Origin: an uncultured Bacteroidales bacterium
GTDB lineage: Bacteria > Bacteroidota > Bacteroidia > Bacteroidales > CAIWKO01
NCBI GenBank assembly: GCA_903913285.1
Contig: CAIWKO010000022.1
Span: 5,230 to 69,229, forward strand
Direction: 5' to 3'
DNA length: 64,000 nt
In this document: one piece after another, positions 9,713-20,327 of the stretch
How the letters are laid out: every line of letters begins with the position of its first letter
How positions within the stretch are numbered: position 1 is the stretch's first letter
Notes under the pieces: model-generated
The model's input: only the letters and a program-made list of their open reading frames with translations
Database searches by the model: none
What the model was told of the DNA's origin: nothing
Position numbers and translations under genes: made by a program

Positions 9713-9778
9713 TTATCCTCAGAAACAAAGATGAAAAAATATCAAATTATAATATTTAATCATAGTGTTCAACATGGT

Positions 9779-10120
9779 CTAAAAATGTTTATCGAAATCG
9801 TAATAGTTGACTTCTTCCGGGGTTTCAGCCTCTGAAATCTGAAGCCAATAAGCCGGAGTTACTTTATGTCCGGAGAGAGAAATCAATCTTCGTTTATAGA
9901 TATCTAATACAGGATTAAATAAAACATCAGTAACCCCGATAGTATATGTACCACTTAATTCTTCACCTTGTTTTTCGGGAAGAACTTTTACCACATATTT
10001 GTTAAATTCAAGAAGTTGTTTTAGAAATTCCATACGACTTTCGCCGGCACCTGTTTCGACAATAGAGCAACGAACTCCATCAATTTCGATAATATTATGT
10101 TTTCCTTTGTTCAATGACAT
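9779..10120 (-). CDS. Hypothetical protein, last ORF of the nuo transcription unit
   Basis: 113-aa ORF starting 10 nt after the nuoN stop and followed by the terminator at 9668-9712. No recognisable motif, no signal peptide, no TM segment. Confidence 0.55.
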   Translation of the reverse strand: MSLNKGKHNIIEIDGVRCSIVETGAGESRMEFLKQLLEFNKYVVKVLPEKQGEELSGTYTIGVTDVLFNPVLDIYKRRLISLSGHKVTPAYWLQISEAETPEEVNYYDFDKHF

Positions 10121-10130
10121 ACATTTGAAA

Positions 10131-11552
10131 TTAAAATCCGAAACTTAAAGAACGAATCAATTCATAAATCGGGCTTAAGAAACCTATCGCAAAAATACCT
10201 GCTACACAAATAATCAAAGCTAATTTATCGGTAAAAGTGCTTCTAAATTTAGCAATAGGATTATCGTTCTTATTAATGAACATGGCTTTTACAACGAGTA
10301 AATAGTAATATAATGACACCGTAGCATTCAATACAGCAATTAATACTAACCAATAATATCCTTTACTTGCAGCCGAAGTGAATAAAAAGAATTTACCAAA
10401 AAATCCGGCAACAGGAGGAATACCAGCTAATGAAAATAATGCCAGCATCATGATAAGGCTTAATTTGGGATTTGTACGATACATTCCATTGTAATCATCC
10501 ATATTTTCCAAGCCTGTTTTATCAGAAATGACCGAAACGACACCAAAAGCTGCAAGGTTAGAGAAGACATAAACCATCACAAAATAAACAACTGATGTCA
10601 TACCTAGCTGACTGGCACCCATGATCCCAAGTAAAATAAAACCTGCCTGTGAAATTGATGAAAAAGCCAAAAAACGTTTCATGTTCTTCTGACGCATTGC
10701 AAACAAGTTACCAATAGTCATGGTCAGAATAGAAAGTAAATAAAGAACACCTCCCCACATATCGCTCAGAGATTTAAAAACCGTGAATAGTATTATCATA
10801 AAAATAAATGCAGCAGCACCTTTAGAAACTACCGATAAATATGATGTTACATTCACTGGAGCACCTTCATATACATCAGCAGTCCAGAAATGGAATGGTA
10901 CCAATGATATTTTAAAGGCCATACCGGAAACAAAGAATATAAATCCCAAGACTAACAAGGGTGAACTAACTAATTTATCAGCCACTTCGGTAAAGTATAT
11001 CGAGCCTGTTGTTCCGTATAAAATTGACAAACCAAACAACAATATACCTGAAGATAAAGCAGAAGATAGAATGAATTTAATACCTGCTTCAGCAGATTTA
11101 TTCTTATATTTATCAAATGCAGCAAGAGCAGTTAACGGAATAGTTGCAGTTTCGAGACCCAAATAGAACATGAGAAAATCGCCTGAAGAAATCATGTAAT
11201 TCATTCCGACCAAAGAGGATAACAATATGATATAAAACTCGCTGATACGTTCGTGATTAATTTCTTTTCGTAACCAGGAGGCCGATTGCAACAAAATGAT
11301 AAAAACAGCAACGTTTAAAATATTTTTAAACAGAATTATCAGATTGCTTGTTTGATACATTCCTCCAAACAGCGACCCTGTTGTTGCAGGTAAAAATCCT
11401 GCAATCGTAATCAACAAGAATAATACTATAGTGAAAGGTATAACATAATGTTTCTTTTCGTTCTTGATAAATAATTCGGCTAACAGAACTAACAGGACTA
11501 CTCCTATCAGAAGTATCTCGTGCCTCATTATCAGAAATTGTTGAAGGTTCAT
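10131..11552 (-). CDS. nuoN: NADH-quinone oxidoreductase subunit N
   Basis: 473-aa polytopic antiporter-like protein. Last of three Mrp-like subunits in canonical nuoLMN order. Confidence 0.9.
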   Translation of the reverse strand: MNLQQFLIMRHEILLIGVVLLVLLAELFIKNEKKHYVIPFTIVLFLLITIAGFLPATTGSLFGGMYQTSNLIILFKNILNVAVFIILLQSASWLRKEINHERISEFYIILLSSLVGMNYMISSGDFLMFYLGLETATIPLTALAAFDKYKNKSAEAGIKFILSSALSSGILLFGLSILYGTTGSIYFTEVADKLVSSPLLVLGFIFFVSGMAFKISLVPFHFWTADVYEGAPVNVTSYLSVVSKGAAAFIFMIILFTVFKSLSDMWGGVLYLLSILTMTIGNLFAMRQKNMKRFLAFSSISQAGFILLGIMGASQLGMTSVVYFVMVYVFSNLAAFGVVSVISDKTGLENMDDYNGMYRTNPKLSLIMMLALFSLAGIPPVAGFFGKFFLFTSAASKGYYWLVLIAVLNATVSLYYYLLVVKAMFINKNDNPIAKFRSTFTDKLALIICVAGIFAIGFLSPIYELIRSLSFGF

Positions 11553-11572
11553 ATCGTTAAATAAAAATTAGA

Positions 11573-13069
11573 TTAAAATAAAGACAATTGATCCATAATA
11601 GGTTTTAAGCTATTCATAATCATATCAGACAACCACAGTGGAAAAAGTCCAATACCAGCCACTGCAACAATGAGTGTTACCGTACTCATTTTTTCGTACC
11701 ATTTAGCATCTTTTAATTGCAAGAAATCGTTGTTGCGGATAGGGCCAAATAAGAGTATCCCAACTACACGAAGAATGTAAACAGCTGTTATCACAATTGA
11801 AGAACATGCTATTATTGTTGCAACCCTGTGGAATAAATCCGGATGTTGGAATGAACCCACAAAAATGGTCATTTCGGCTACAAAACCGCTTAATCCGGGT
11901 AATCCTAAAGAAGCTAAACCAGCAATTACATAACAAACTGCCAGAAAAGGCATTACTTTCATTAATCCGCCCATCTCATTTATCATACGTGTATGAGTTC
12001 TGCCATATATCATGCCTATCAAGGCAAAGAATAAGGCTGTCATCAAACCATGAGAAATCATCTGGATTATTGCACCATCCATCGCTGTTTCGTTCATCAT
12101 CAATAATGCAAACAACACCAAACCACAGTGGCTAACAGACGAATATGCATTAATATACTTAAGATCTTTTTGCCATATGGCTCCAAAAGCACCATACACA
12201 ACGCTGATAGTGGTCAAAATTAAGAAAATCCATGCTAATTCATGAGCAGCTTCTGGCATCAAAAACATGGCAACACGGAAACATCCATAGCCTCCAAGTT
12301 TCATCAATACTCCAGCATGTAGCATTGAAACGGCAGTTGGTGCAGAAGCATGACCATCGGGCGACCATGTGTGAAAGGGAAACAATGCACCTAATATCCC
12401 AAAGCCAATAAATGTGAATGGAAAAAAGAAACGTTGTGCTTCGATAGGTATGGTAATTTTGGAAATCTCTAGAATATTAAAGGTTAAATGTCCGCCATCT
12501 GGAGCTGAATTAAAATAAATTCCGAACAAACCTACCAGTAATAATGCCGAGCCTCCCATAAGCATCAATGTAAGTTTCATTGCCGAATATTCTTTTGGAC
12601 CAGAACCCCAGATACCAATAAGTAAATACATTGGGATAACTGCGAGTTCGTAAAAAAGAAACATGGTAAACAAATCGAGCGAAATAAAAAATCCGAAAAC
12701 ACCAGTAGCCAATATAATAAGTGAGATAAAAAATTCTCTGGAAAGATCTTTTACTTCCCATGAAGCAAAAATACCAGCGAATGAAACAATAGAAGTTAGT
12801 GTTATCATTGCAACTGAAATTCCGTCAACACCCACTAAATAATGAATATTTAGTGCTTCAAACCAAACATAGTCAACCATAAACAACATTTCGGAAGTAT
12901 TTCCGGCTCTGCGTTCAGCTAAAAAGAGAAAAATGAGAGTTACAGATGTAACAAGCTGCAACCCCATCCCTATCGCTGAAATGACACGAGCTCCTTTATA
13001 GTCTTTTGTGCATAAAATACCAATTACAGTAAGTATTGGAATAATAATAAAAAGCGTAAGTATATTCAT
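11573..13069 (-). CDS. nuoM: NADH-quinone oxidoreductase subunit M
   Basis: 498-aa antiporter-like membrane protein between nuoL and nuoN. Confidence 0.9.
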   Translation of the reverse strand: MNILTLFIIIPILTVIGILCTKDYKGARVISAIGMGLQLVTSVTLIFLFLAERRAGNTSEMLFMVDYVWFEALNIHYLVGVDGISVAMITLTSIVSFAGIFASWEVKDLSREFFISLIILATGVFGFFISLDLFTMFLFYELAVIPMYLLIGIWGSGPKEYSAMKLTLMLMGGSALLLVGLFGIYFNSAPDGGHLTFNILEISKITIPIEAQRFFFPFTFIGFGILGALFPFHTWSPDGHASAPTAVSMLHAGVLMKLGGYGCFRVAMFLMPEAAHELAWIFLILTTISVVYGAFGAIWQKDLKYINAYSSVSHCGLVLFALLMMNETAMDGAIIQMISHGLMTALFFALIGMIYGRTHTRMINEMGGLMKVMPFLAVCYVIAGLASLGLPGLSGFVAEMTIFVGSFQHPDLFHRVATIIACSSIVITAVYILRVVGILLFGPIRNNDFLQLKDAKWYEKMSTVTLIVAVAGIGLFPLWLSDMIMNSLKPIMDQLSLF

Positions 13070-13084
13070 AATTCTAAGGAGTTA

Positions 13085-15001
13085 TCACCATAAATAAATA
13101 AAAATTAATGCAAAAACAATTGCACCAAGAACAAAGAAAAATGCATAATGTTGTAATTGACCGGATTGACTTCCTTTAATCTTTCTCGAAGTTAATACCG
13201 TAATCCCAGCTATTCCATTCATAGTGCCATCAACCACGTGGCGGTCGAACCAAGCTACTGGTCTTGAAATAAGATTGAAAATGATCTTTTTGGTAACAAA
13301 TAAATACACCTCATCAATATAGAATTTATTGTATATCGTTTTATAAACACCACCAAGCCCCTTGACAATCTTCTCAACCGTATTATTATCTTTTTTATAA
13401 AGCAGAAATGCAATAAGAATTCCCAGCAATCCAATTGCTACAGAAGGAATCGCAACCGTAAGATTCGTTTCTGTAGCGAATGGAAGTCTATCAGAAGATA
13501 CCATATGACTAAACGGTAAAAAGCCTGCAAAGATTGAAGCTAATGCCAAAAACATCAATGGAATTGTCATAACCAAGGGTGATTCATGCGGTGTATGATG
13601 ATAATGCGGTTCTTTGTTCCAAAAAACTCTGAAATACAGACGAAACATATAAAATGCAGTTAGACCTGCAACCAAATACTCTATCCAGAATAAAAGTTTA
13701 TTATGATTATAGGCTGCAACCAGAATTTCATCTTTGCTCCAGAAACCACTTAAAGGAAATAAACCCGCAATAGTTAAACAAGCAATCAAGAAAGTCCAGT
13801 GAGTAATTTTCAAATACTTTCGCAATCCGCCCATGTCATACATGTAATTTGAGTGAACAGCATGAATAATAGACCCTGCACCCAAGAATAATAAAGCCTT
13901 GAACATAGCATGGGTAAACAAATGGAACATTGAAGCCATATATCCTAATCCCTTTTCACCACCATAGCCCGAAACTCCCAAAGCCAACATCATATAACCA
14001 ATCTGTGAAAGAGTTGAAAATGCCAGCACACGTTTGATATCAAATTGTGTGCATGCAATAACTGCCGCGAATAAAGATGTAAATCCACCCACATAAGAAA
14101 CAACAGTAAGTGCATCAGGAGCAGCAAAAGAATATAAGGGGAACAAACGCGCTACTAAAAATACACCTGCAACAACCATGGTTGCAGCATGAATTAGTGC
14201 CGAAACAGGTGTCGGACCTTCCATAGCATCGGGCAACCAGATATGAAGAGGGAACATTGCAGATTTTCCGGCACCTCCCATAAAAATTAAAAGTAAAGCC
14301 CAGGTTGCTACCGACATTCCCATAAAGGTTTGTGTCAGATTGCGGGTAATTTCAATACCCTGAGGTCCTGTAAGGCTTAAGAAATCAAAAGTTTTTGTAT
14401 AAAATGACAAAAGTAAAATTCCTATCAAAAATCCCAAATCTGCAAAGCGTGTAACTATAAAAGCTTTTTTTGAAGCTGCAACTGCTGATGGACGTTCATA
14501 ATAGAAACCTATTAAAAGAAATGATGAAACTCCCACCAGTTCCCAGAAAACATACATCTGAAAAATATTAGTGGCAACTACTAGACCTAACATCGAAAAT
14601 GTGAAAAGCGACAAAAAAGCAAAAAATCTTTGAAAACCTTTCTCCCCTTTCATATATCCAATGCTATATAGGTTCACCATAAATGAAACTGTACTGACAA
14701 CTACAAGCATCATCACTGAAATAGGATCGATAAAAACGCCCATTTTTATTTGAAGTGCATCGCTAAATCTGAGCCAAGTATAATTTGCTGCAACAATTTG
14801 CTGATACGTATCATTCAATCTGGGTAATTCGAAAAAATATTGATACGCAGCAAAATAGGATAACACCATTACAACTCCTAAACCAAGAGTTCCAAGTACG
14901 CCCGATAATAGCGGTTTGAACTTCATCCCCAATAATCCCAGTAAAAGAAACATAAATATCGGGATGAGTAAAATCCATACGGTATAGCTGAAATTTATCA
15001 T
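13085..15001 (-). CDS. nuoL: NADH-quinone oxidoreductase subunit L
   Basis: 638-aa antiporter-like membrane protein with the long C-terminal extension typical of NuoL. Confidence 0.9.
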   Translation of the reverse strand: MINFSYTVWILLIPIFMFLLLGLLGMKFKPLLSGVLGTLGLGVVMVLSYFAAYQYFFELPRLNDTYQQIVAANYTWLRFSDALQIKMGVFIDPISVMMLVVVSTVSFMVNLYSIGYMKGEKGFQRFFAFLSLFTFSMLGLVVATNIFQMYVFWELVGVSSFLLIGFYYERPSAVAASKKAFIVTRFADLGFLIGILLLSFYTKTFDFLSLTGPQGIEITRNLTQTFMGMSVATWALLLIFMGGAGKSAMFPLHIWLPDAMEGPTPVSALIHAATMVVAGVFLVARLFPLYSFAAPDALTVVSYVGGFTSLFAAVIACTQFDIKRVLAFSTLSQIGYMMLALGVSGYGGEKGLGYMASMFHLFTHAMFKALLFLGAGSIIHAVHSNYMYDMGGLRKYLKITHWTFLIACLTIAGLFPLSGFWSKDEILVAAYNHNKLLFWIEYLVAGLTAFYMFRLYFRVFWNKEPHYHHTPHESPLVMTIPLMFLALASIFAGFLPFSHMVSSDRLPFATETNLTVAIPSVAIGLLGILIAFLLYKKDNNTVEKIVKGLGGVYKTIYNKFYIDEVYLFVTKKIIFNLISRPVAWFDRHVVDGTMNGIAGITVLTSRKIKGSQSGQLQHYAFFFVLGAIVFALIFIYLW

Positions 15002-15054
15002 TGTTTTGTTTTTCTTGTTACAATATTTTATTTAGTAAATTAAATTTCAATAAA

Positions 15055-15375
15055 TTAATATTTCATTTCATCAATATTTTCAACTTCAATATTGGAGAAC
15101 CGACGATAAATATTAATTATAAGTGCAATAGCAACCGAAGCCTCAGCAGCAGCAATTGCAACAACTATCAGGGCGAAAAAGTAGCCATGCATGTTTTCGG
15201 GAAACAAATATGAATTAAATGCAACAAAGTTGATATTTACTGAATTCAAAATCAACTCTATTGACATCAGCATCGTGATAAGGTTTTTACGAACAATAAA
15301 TCCGTAAATACCAATAAAAAACATAATCGTGCTGACAATTAAAAAATGGTCTAAAGGGATTCCGTATCTTTCCAT
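15055..15375 (-). CDS. nuoK: NADH-quinone oxidoreductase subunit K
   Basis: 106 aa, three TM helices, canonical position. Confidence 0.88.
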   Translation of the reverse strand: MERYGIPLDHFLIVSTIMFFIGIYGFIVRKNLITMLMSIELILNSVNINFVAFNSYLFPENMHGYFFALIVVAIAAAEASVAIALIINIYRRFSNIEVENIDEMKY

Positions 15376-15380
15376 AATAA

Positions 15381-15887
15381 TTATTTACCTTTTTTAGCAA
15401 TAATAATAGCTGCTATCATTGCAGCTAATAATAAAATACTGATAACTTCGAAAGGAAGAGCAAAACCATTATGTCCTGTACTCAATAATTGAGTTCCTAT
15501 CTCTGTCATATTATTTTGTATTGGAGGATTTGTTCCAGGAATAAACTGATGATTCAATAAAACCAAAAGACATAAACCCATACCGCTTAATGCTGCAATA
15601 GCAGCCATAATCTTCTTCGTCCAGTGAGCTTGTGTGAATTTTTGATCAATATGGCTTGTCAACAGAATTGAAAAAATAATTAATACAACGATACCACCAG
15701 CATATAGGGTGAGCTGCACCCCTGCCATGAACTGATAGTCTAACCAAAAATACAAACCTGCAGTAGAAATCAATACAAAAAGTAAAAATACTGCTGCTCT
15801 GAGTATTCTGCGGCTTGTAACGGTTAATACCGAAAAAACGATAATCATCGCCGCAAACAAGTAAAACATGATTTTATATGCTGTCAT
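15381..15887 (-). CDS. nuoJ: NADH-quinone oxidoreductase subunit J
   Basis: 168-aa membrane protein, canonical position between nuoI and nuoK. Confidence 0.85.
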   Translation of the reverse strand: MTAYKIMFYLFAAMIIVFSVLTVTSRRILRAAVFLLFVLISTAGLYFWLDYQFMAGVQLTLYAGGIVVLIIFSILLTSHIDQKFTQAHWTKKIMAAIAALSGMGLCLLVLLNHQFIPGTNPPIQNNMTEIGTQLLSTGHNGFALPFEVISILLLAAMIAAIIIAKKGK

Positions 15888-16366
15888 TCTGCTATATCTT
15901 TTACAAGTGAAGAACCCTGTTTATTTAAAACCTTAGTTAATTTTTGTCTGTCAAAAACGGCATGTTCAAATTCCTGAGAAAAAGCTATTGCCGTGGAAGG
16001 ACACGTTTTCACACATAACCCACAAAAAGTACACATGCTTAGATGGTAAATGTACTTATCTAAAATTCGTTTTGATTTGCCTTCAGTAGTTGTAATCTTA
16101 TCCGTTAATACCTCAATAGAACCATTCGGACAATTCAATTCACATATTCCACAACCTGTACATCTATGATAATTGCCAGCGTCATGTGGCATAATCACTT
16201 CACCTTTAAACCGATCGTACATTTTTAGTTTCTTACGGTTCTCAGGATATTTCTGTGTAACAATTTTATCCAGTCGAATAAAATATTTACCTGTAACCGA
16301 CATGCCTTTTAAAAGAGTCCAAACTCCTTTAAAAATTCCTGTTATATAGTTGAATATACTTTTCAT
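15884..16366 (-). CDS. nuoI: NADH-quinone oxidoreductase subunit I (2x[4Fe-4S])
   Basis: 160 aa. CTGCGICELNCP and CTFCGLCVKTCP motifs. Confidence 0.9.
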   Translation of the reverse strand: MKSIFNYITGIFKGVWTLLKGMSVTGKYFIRLDKIVTQKYPENRKKLKMYDRFKGEVIMPHDAGNYHRCTGCGICELNCPNGSIEVLTDKITTTEGKSKRILDKYIYHLSMCTFCGLCVKTCPSTAIAFSQEFEHAVFDRQKLTKVLNKQGSSLVKDIAE

Positions 16367-16369
16367 ACA

Positions 16370-17482
16370 CTATTTAATATACCATCCCATAAGGACAATT
16401 AGAGCTACTACAATGATATTAACAAGATTGATAGGAAGTAAATATTTCCACTCAAGAGTCAGCAGTTGGTCGATTCGTAAACGCGGAAAGGTCCATTTAA
16501 ACCACATCATTATTAAAATAACAATTGCCGTTTTACCAAAATACCAACAAATTGGAGGAATAAAGTCCATAGCATTATTAAAACCTTCACACCCCGGGAT
16601 ATGCAATGGCATCCATCCACCCCAAAAAACTGTAGCAGCTACGGATGCGATTAAAAACATATTCATATACTCCGCTAAAAAGAAGAAGGCAAATTTAATA
16701 CCCGAATACTCAGTATGAAAACCGGCTGTTAGTTCTGATTCTGCTTCTGCAAGGTCGAATGGGCCTCTGTTGGTTTCAGCTGTTCCTGCAGTAATAAATA
16801 CAATAAATGCAATAATAGCAGGAATGTGTCCTTTAATTATCCACCATGCGTCAGCCTGACTTTCAACGATTGTTGAAAGCTGTAATGAGCCACTGTATAT
16901 AGCTATTACCAGCAACGATAAACCAACTGACAATTCATAGCTAACAATCTGAGCACCACTTCTCATTGCACCAATCAATGAATACTTGTTGTTACTTGAC
17001 CAACCAGCAAGTAACACACCAACTACACCAACTGATGAAACAGCCATAATATAAAATATACCAATATTAAAGTCGATAGCATGCAATCCCATAGCGAACG
17101 GAATGGCTGCTAATCCCAAAAATGATGCAATAATTACAATAAAAGGTGCCAGATTAAATAAGAATTTATCTGCTTTGCGAATCGTAATCAATTCCTTCAT
17201 TAAAAGTTTGAACAAATCGGCTATGGTTTGAATCACACCAAACCACCCCACTCTGTTTGGGCCAATACGGTTTTGCATAAAAGCACAAACTTTTCTTTCT
17301 GCTAAAACCAAATACAAGCCAATAACGGCATAAAAAATCAGGAACACAACTCCGATAATAGTCATCTCTGCAATAAATGCCCATGTAGCAGGCAAATGAT
17401 TGTATAGAAACAGATCGATCGAATGTGTTAACGGTGCTAAATCGTATCTTTGGTATCCCATAAATAATTTTTTATCTGTCAA
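16370..17482 (-). CDS. nuoH: NADH-quinone oxidoreductase subunit H
   Basis: 370-aa polytopic protein with NuoH-like segments ([33 protein letters not shown]). Confidence 0.92.
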   Translation of the reverse strand: MTDKKLFMGYQRYDLAPLTHSIDLFLYNHLPATWAFIAEMTIIGVVFLIFYAVIGLYLVLAERKVCAFMQNRIGPNRVGWFGVIQTIADLFKLLMKELITIRKADKFLFNLAPFIVIIASFLGLAAIPFAMGLHAIDFNIGIFYIMAVSSVGVVGVLLAGWSSNNKYSLIGAMRSGAQIVSYELSVGLSLLVIAIYSGSLQLSTIVESQADAWWIIKGHIPAIIAFIVFITAGTAETNRGPFDLAEAESELTAGFHTEYSGIKFAFFFLAEYMNMFLIASVAATVFWGGWMPLHIPGCEGFNNAMDFIPPICWYFGKTAIVILIMMWFKWTFPRLRIDQLLTLEWKYLLPINLVNIIVVALIVLMGWYIK

Positions 17483-18602
17483 TATCCGGAATTACCAAAT
17501 CAAGAGATCCGCTAATTGCAACAAGATCTGCTATTTTATATCCGGATGCTAATTTATTCATAATAAAAAGATTGCTAAAATTCGGAGTACGTAGTTTTAA
17601 ACGATAAGGGGTTTTATTCCCATCACTAACAATATATACTCCCAATTCACCTCTAGCCGTTTCAACGCGCTGATAATATTCTCCTTCCGGTAACTTAATT
17701 ACTGGTTTCATTTTGGATGTATATTCATTACCATCCGGCATTTTATCGATAAGCTGTTCAAGAATATTCATCGATTCCACCATCTCGTCCATACGCGCCA
17801 CATACCTATAAAAAGTATCGCCTTCATTATACAAAATTTCTTTGAAATCCACATAAGGATAAGCACTATATGGTTCAACCTTTCTGATATCACATGAAAA
17901 ACCGGATGCCCTGCCAGAAGGACCTGTTATACCATAATTAATTGCATCTTCTTTTGAAAGTATTCCCAGTCCTTTTGTACGGGCCTGAAAAATAACATTG
18001 CCTGTAAGAAATCTGTTATATTCTGGAAGCTTTTTACGGAAATATTTAATAAAATCTGTAATACCTTTTTTGAAGTTTGGATGGATATCATGCATCAAAC
18101 CACCGGGAACAATAAAACTATGTAATAAACGAGAGCCGAATGATTCTTCAAAAATATCGAGTATTTTTTCACGATCGCGCAATCCATAAAAGAAACATGT
18201 CAAACCGCCAAGATCCATACCAAAAGCACTCCACCATAATTGGTGAGAAGCAATACGGTTTAATTCGGAAAGTATAGACCTTATATATTTAACGCGTTCG
18301 GGAACTTCAATTTCGAGAGCATTTTCCACACATAAACTCACAGCTTCATTATTCATGTGGGCTGAAAGATAATCGAGCCTATCGGTAAGATGAATAACTT
18401 GAGGGTAAGTGAGACTTTCACACATTTTTTCAATGCCACGATGAACATAGCCACAATGTGGAATAAGGTGTTTTACCATTTCTCCCTGTAAAGACACCTC
18501 AAATCTGAGTACACCATGTGTGGATGGATGCTGCGGACCCATGTTTATGATATATTCAGGATTTTCGTTCAGTTCAACAATTACTTTTTTTTCTTCTGAC
18601 AT
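17472..18602 (-). CDS. nuoD: NADH-quinone oxidoreductase subunit D (49-kDa subunit)
   Basis: 376 aa. [14 protein letters not shown].. N-terminal signature and C-terminal ..DLVIPDIDR. Confidence 0.92.
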   Translation of the reverse strand: MSEEKKVIVELNENPEYIINMGPQHPSTHGVLRFEVSLQGEMVKHLIPHCGYVHRGIEKMCESLTYPQVIHLTDRLDYLSAHMNNEAVSLCVENALEIEVPERVKYIRSILSELNRIASHQLWWSAFGMDLGGLTCFFYGLRDREKILDIFEESFGSRLLHSFIVPGGLMHDIHPNFKKGITDFIKYFRKKLPEYNRFLTGNVIFQARTKGLGILSKEDAINYGITGPSGRASGFSCDIRKVEPYSAYPYVDFKEILYNEGDTFYRYVARMDEMVESMNILEQLIDKMPDGNEYTSKMKPVIKLPEGEYYQRVETARGELGVYIVSDGNKTPYRLKLRTPNFSNLFIMNKLASGYKIADLVAISGSLDLVIPDIDR

Positions 18603-18651
18603 ATAATGAATTTCAGATTTTTACAGAATTGAATTTGGCAAAAAGCCAATT

Positions 18652-19113
18652 CTATCTTTCAATAATATTAATTTCATCTTTATAATCTTTGCGCAAAGGA
18701 AATCCTTCAATAAAGGTTTCATCCAAAAACAATCTTCGCAAATCAGGATGATCAGAAAATTTTATACCCATTAAGTCATACACTTCCCTTTCATGAAATT
18801 CTGCTGTTGCATAAATATCAGCCACGCTAGCTACTTCGGGATTTTCACGTCCGGTGGTTTTTACCTTCAAAACAAGAGAATGTCCGAAAAAAGTTGATGT
18901 GAGATGATATACGATTGTAAAATGAGTCTTCCAATCAACACCGGAAAGGCAAAATAAATAATCCAGTTTCAGATCATCTGATTCTTTCAATAATTTGACA
19001 AACGCATGCATTTTATCGGAAGGCACATTAATATCCAAATATTGTTTATTTACATTAAACTCCGCTTCCGGTAATAATGCTATTATTTTTTCTTTCAGTT
19101 GTTCCTGTTCCAT
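18652..19113 (-). CDS. nuoC: NADH-quinone oxidoreductase subunit C (30-kDa subunit, short form)
   Basis: 153 aa. EREVYDLMGIKF..HPDLRRL motif. Confidence 0.88.
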   Translation of the reverse strand: MEQEQLKEKIIALLPEAEFNVNKQYLDINVPSDKMHAFVKLLKESDDLKLDYLFCLSGVDWKTHFTIVYHLTSTFFGHSLVLKVKTTGRENPEVASVADIYATAEFHEREVYDLMGIKFSDHPDLRRLFLDETFIEGFPLRKDYKDEINIIER

Positions 19114-19149
19114 AGTGTTTACTTTTCAAAAGTTCTGAAGAATTTCTTT

Positions 19150-19734
19150 TTATACAAAATCGGCTAAAGGATCTTTACGTTTTTTCCAGATCGTTTCGGT
19201 TTTTATTTTACGCTGAAGTTGCATAACTCCATACAGTAAAGCTTCCGGACGAGGAGGGCATCCCGGCACATACACATCAACCGGAATTACATGATCGACA
19301 CCACGAACTACCGAGTAGGAGTTATAAAAAAACGGTCCGCCTGAAACTGCACAGGCTCCCATGGCTATTACATATTTCGGATCGGCCATTTGGTCGTATA
19401 AACGTTTCAAAACAGGCGCCATCTTATGTACAACTGTTCCTGCAACAACAATAACGTCGGCTTGACGCGGACTAGCGCGATATACCTCAATACCAAAACG
19501 AGAAAAATCGTGACGCGACGCTCCGGTTGCCATCATTTCGATGCCACAACAGCTTGTGGCAAAGGTAAGCGGCCACACTGAATTTGAACGTCCCCAATTT
19601 ATAATATCATCAATTGTAGTAAAAATTATATTGCCACCACTCTTTTTAAAAGTTTCCAGAGTTTCATTGTCCTTAAACTCATCGTACTTTATGCCCTTTA
19701 TTTTTATTCCCATTTCAATGCTCCTTTCTTCCAT
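19150..19734 (-). CDS. nuoB: NADH-quinone oxidoreductase subunit B (start may be the internal Met at 19713)
   Basis: 194 aa. SCCGIEMM.., GACA..GG and [10 protein letters not shown]2-cluster motifs. Confidence 0.9.
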   Translation of the reverse strand: MEERSIEMGIKIKGIKYDEFKDNETLETFKKSGGNIIFTTIDDIINWGRSNSVWPLTFATSCCGIEMMATGASRHDFSRFGIEVYRASPRQADVIVVAGTVVHKMAPVLKRLYDQMADPKYVIAMGACAVSGGPFFYNSYSVVRGVDHVIPVDVYVPGCPPRPEALLYGVMQLQRKIKTETIWKKRKDPLADFV

Positions 19735-20054
19735 GCATAAATAAGACCTAAACCTAATATAAAGAAAAATATTAATATCTCAACAAAAGCCCGCATACCA
19801 ATAGTTTTCATTACAACAGCCCAAGGGAAAATAAATACTGTTTCAACATCAAAAACAAGATATACTATTGCGAACAAATAATACCCTACATTAAACTGCA
19901 CCCATGTTGTACCTTTTGTTTCTATACCGCATTCGTAAGGTTCCGATTTAACGAGATTTTTAGATTTTGGAGGAATAATCATGGAGAAGCCAACTGCCAA
20001 ACCAACCAGCGCAACTGCCACAATAAAAAATAGCACCAAGGATTCGTTACTCAT
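19704..20054 (-). CDS. nuoA: NADH-quinone oxidoreductase subunit A
   Basis: 116 aa, three TM helices, YECG motif. First gene of the operon. Confidence 0.88.
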   Translation of the reverse strand: MSNESLVLFFIVAVALVGLAVGFSMIIPPKSKNLVKSEPYECGIETKGTTWVQFNVGYYLFAIVYLVFDVETVFIFPWAVVMKTIGMRAFVEILIFFFILGLGLIYAWKKGALKWE

Positions 20055-20327
20055 ATTTTAATTTTTAAAAGCGAAGCAAAATTATAAAAAAAACTATAAA
20101 AACAAATTTTTTATAAAATAAATAATCAGTTTGTAAATATCTGTATTTTATACAATTAACAATACTGTGGTAATTATTTTTTTTCAAGGTATTAAAAAAA
20201 CAGTTGTGTTACAATTATACGATAATGTAAAATGAAAATAAAAAAAGAAGCAGAATTTTTTGTTTTTCAAATAAATTATTGTCAGGAAATATTATTTAAA
20301 ATGTATTTTTGACCTTTCAACTTTCAA

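Noticed and set aside
2543-20054. A single 17.5-kb nuo-hdr-mvh operon encoding one physical supercomplex.
   Set aside because: A convincing hairpin plus T-run (9668-9712) and a 198-bp AT-rich spacer separate the two gene sets. Co-transcription cannot be claimed from sequence, so it is kept only as a functional-linkage hypothesis.
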